A DNA stretch of 64,000 nucleotides from Octopus sinensis (lineage: Eukaryota): positions 62,001 through 126,000 of the forward strand of contig NW_021833018.1 in the NCBI RefSeq assembly GCF_006345805.1, written 5' to 3'. The notes under the pieces are model-generated. The model ran no database searches, was not told the DNA's origin, and saw only the letters and a list, made by a program, of their open reading frames with translations. This document shows positions 62,199 to 64,000 of this stretch, in pieces. A program made the position numbers and the translations under genes. The stretch's first letter is position 1. The number at the start of each line of letters is the position of its first letter.

Positions 62199-63908
62199 AT
62201 GGACTATAAAGATAGAAAATCAACTCAGACGAGTATTCAATCCGATGTGTCTAGAACTGTCAAGGTTCCGCCAACTAAGACTGGTATAAATTATGGAAAA
62301 TGTCTTGTGTGTGGAGACAAGTCTTCAGGAATACACTATGGAGTGTTGACGTGTGAAGGTTGCAAGGTCTGGTGACCAACTCTAATCTTAGGGCTTTTAT
62401 AGACGGTCATTAAACGAGAAATCTGATATTATGTCAAGAAAATGTTATTACAATAAGAATTGCGAAATCAACATACACACAAGGAACCGATGTCAGTACT
62501 GCAGACTAACTAAATGCTTTAGTGTGGGAATGTCAAAAGCAGGTTCTTGTTTTTGGTTCAATTTTAGCTGCTCGGCTGGGTCGAAGGTCTAAAAAAATGA
62601 AAGACGAAATGGAAGAGATGATTCTAAAGGAAAACATTAAATCAGAAATTGCGTCAGCAAACCAGGAACTCAAATTAAAATATGACTCTACGACAAATAA
62701 CACTCCTAATCGACCCGAGCCTGTTAAATTCACCGACACATATTTTAACGAAACTTATGAAAGTGCGACAAACTCTTTCAAATTTAATAATCTCGATTCT
62801 GTCGGTAGAGTAAGTGGGTATTATGATATGTTTCCCCATGTCAGCAGTACTGCTTTTACTAGTAGAAATGATAAGTTCCATTTAACCAATCATAATCAAA
62901 TGGATTCGATTGTTTCTGGCGTTTTTGATTCGACTAACCCAAGATTTTTTAATCACAACAATGACAGTTTTGGATATCCAGACGATTATATTTTTCCAAT
63001 GAACGACTGTGATTCGTTGAGGACGTCGATAATGCAAAATATGATAAACGTGGTGGACATCAACATGTACAACTCTTTTCCCGTCGTTTTCAACGGACAA
63101 ATGGACTTAGACTACACGCTTTCTCAATATTTCATTAACAACTTTATTGACATTATCAACATTTATCAAGATAAACATATCTTCCAACCACTTCACATCC
63201 ACGTCAGTTGTTTTTTTAATTTTTTTAGACTGAGGAATCATTTTACTGTCAAGATTTTAACTACATGAGGCACACTTGGCTGACTTTTCAAAATTTCTTT
63301 ACAAATACGATTGGATCAGTGATTCGATTCACCAAATCTTTTCCTGGGTTTTCACTGTCTTTGATGGAAGACCAGCTCTACATCGTCAGGAGTTCTGCAA
63401 TCGATGTAAGCAGTTGTATTGAGTGACAAGGTTTTTCACGTTCTCTTATCGATGTGCATCAAAGAGGAGACTATCGTATACTCTTTGAATAGTTCGGGGT
63501 TTACCCTTAAAAAAGAATTTGTGAAAACTCTTGGTTTCTCTGAAGAATTTATTGAGTCCATCTGTAACCTTTCGAACATTATGAACACTTTAAATCTCAC
63601 AATGACAGAATATTCATTGTACTGCGCCCTACTTATATATAATCGTTTGTGTCACAATAGTCAAATATTTAGTAAACGTTCTCAATCTCAAGATACAGTC
63701 AGCTTTTATCGATAAAAATGAAATTTTAAGCAACTTGCGAAACAATGTTAACATGAATCGGGGAAATTCTGATGTTTACGATTGTCTAATCGTAAATGTG
63801 GTTCCCCTACTTCAGGAAATCAAAAGAGCTCACAAAAAAATGACACTTGGTGCTGTTGAATGCAAGCTGGAAATTTCAGACATTTATTCCGAAATAATCG
63901 ATTTTTAA
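62199..63908 (+). CDS. Nuclear hormone receptor, NR1F (ROR/HR3)-like
   Basis: [22 protein letters not shown]|[32 protein letters not shown]; LBD signature [11 protein letters not shown]; AF2-like IYSEI; five introns of 25-28 nt. Confidence 0.9.
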
Positions 63909-64000
63909 TAGCGGATTAGGGTCATTAGTATTTATTTCTAATAATTTAATTTTAAATACATCATTTCTTAATTTTGAATAAGTAATAAAAAACATTAAAT

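Overview
AT-rich eukaryotic (animal) genomic DNA made of compact gene islands separated by nested transposon debris. Host genes reconstructed by hand across very small introns (almost all 21-32 nt): a ZNF395/ZNF704-type C-clamp gene absent from the ORF track, RPB11, SAP18, SLX4, a COQ3 pseudogene, a PRD-class K50 homeobox with a frameshift, a highly diverged CYFIP, IDH3A, LIN37, ISCA1, TIM10, CARM1, a Tudor-less SMN and a ROR/HR3-like nuclear receptor. An NR1F-like receptor together with ~26-nt introns suggests a reduced bilaterian parasite such as a dicyemid mesozoan (inference only). Mobile DNA includes many CRE-like REL retroelements, APE-type LINEs with clean TSDs, R4/NeSL-like elements resembling microsporidian families, Tc1, pogo/Tigger, Ginger-like integrase transposons and a Mutator-like MITE. 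The main leads are: (1) a micro-intron splicing system apparently governed by length, with degenerate GT/GC donors and skipped internal AGs, alongside an SMN lacking its Tudor domain; (2) probable horizontal transfer of microsporidian-type retrotransposons; (3) a 9.6-kb Ginger-bounded composite carrying extra DNA; (4) a strong C-to-G skew gradient across CYFIP. All gene models are manual and unverified by RNA-seq or database search.
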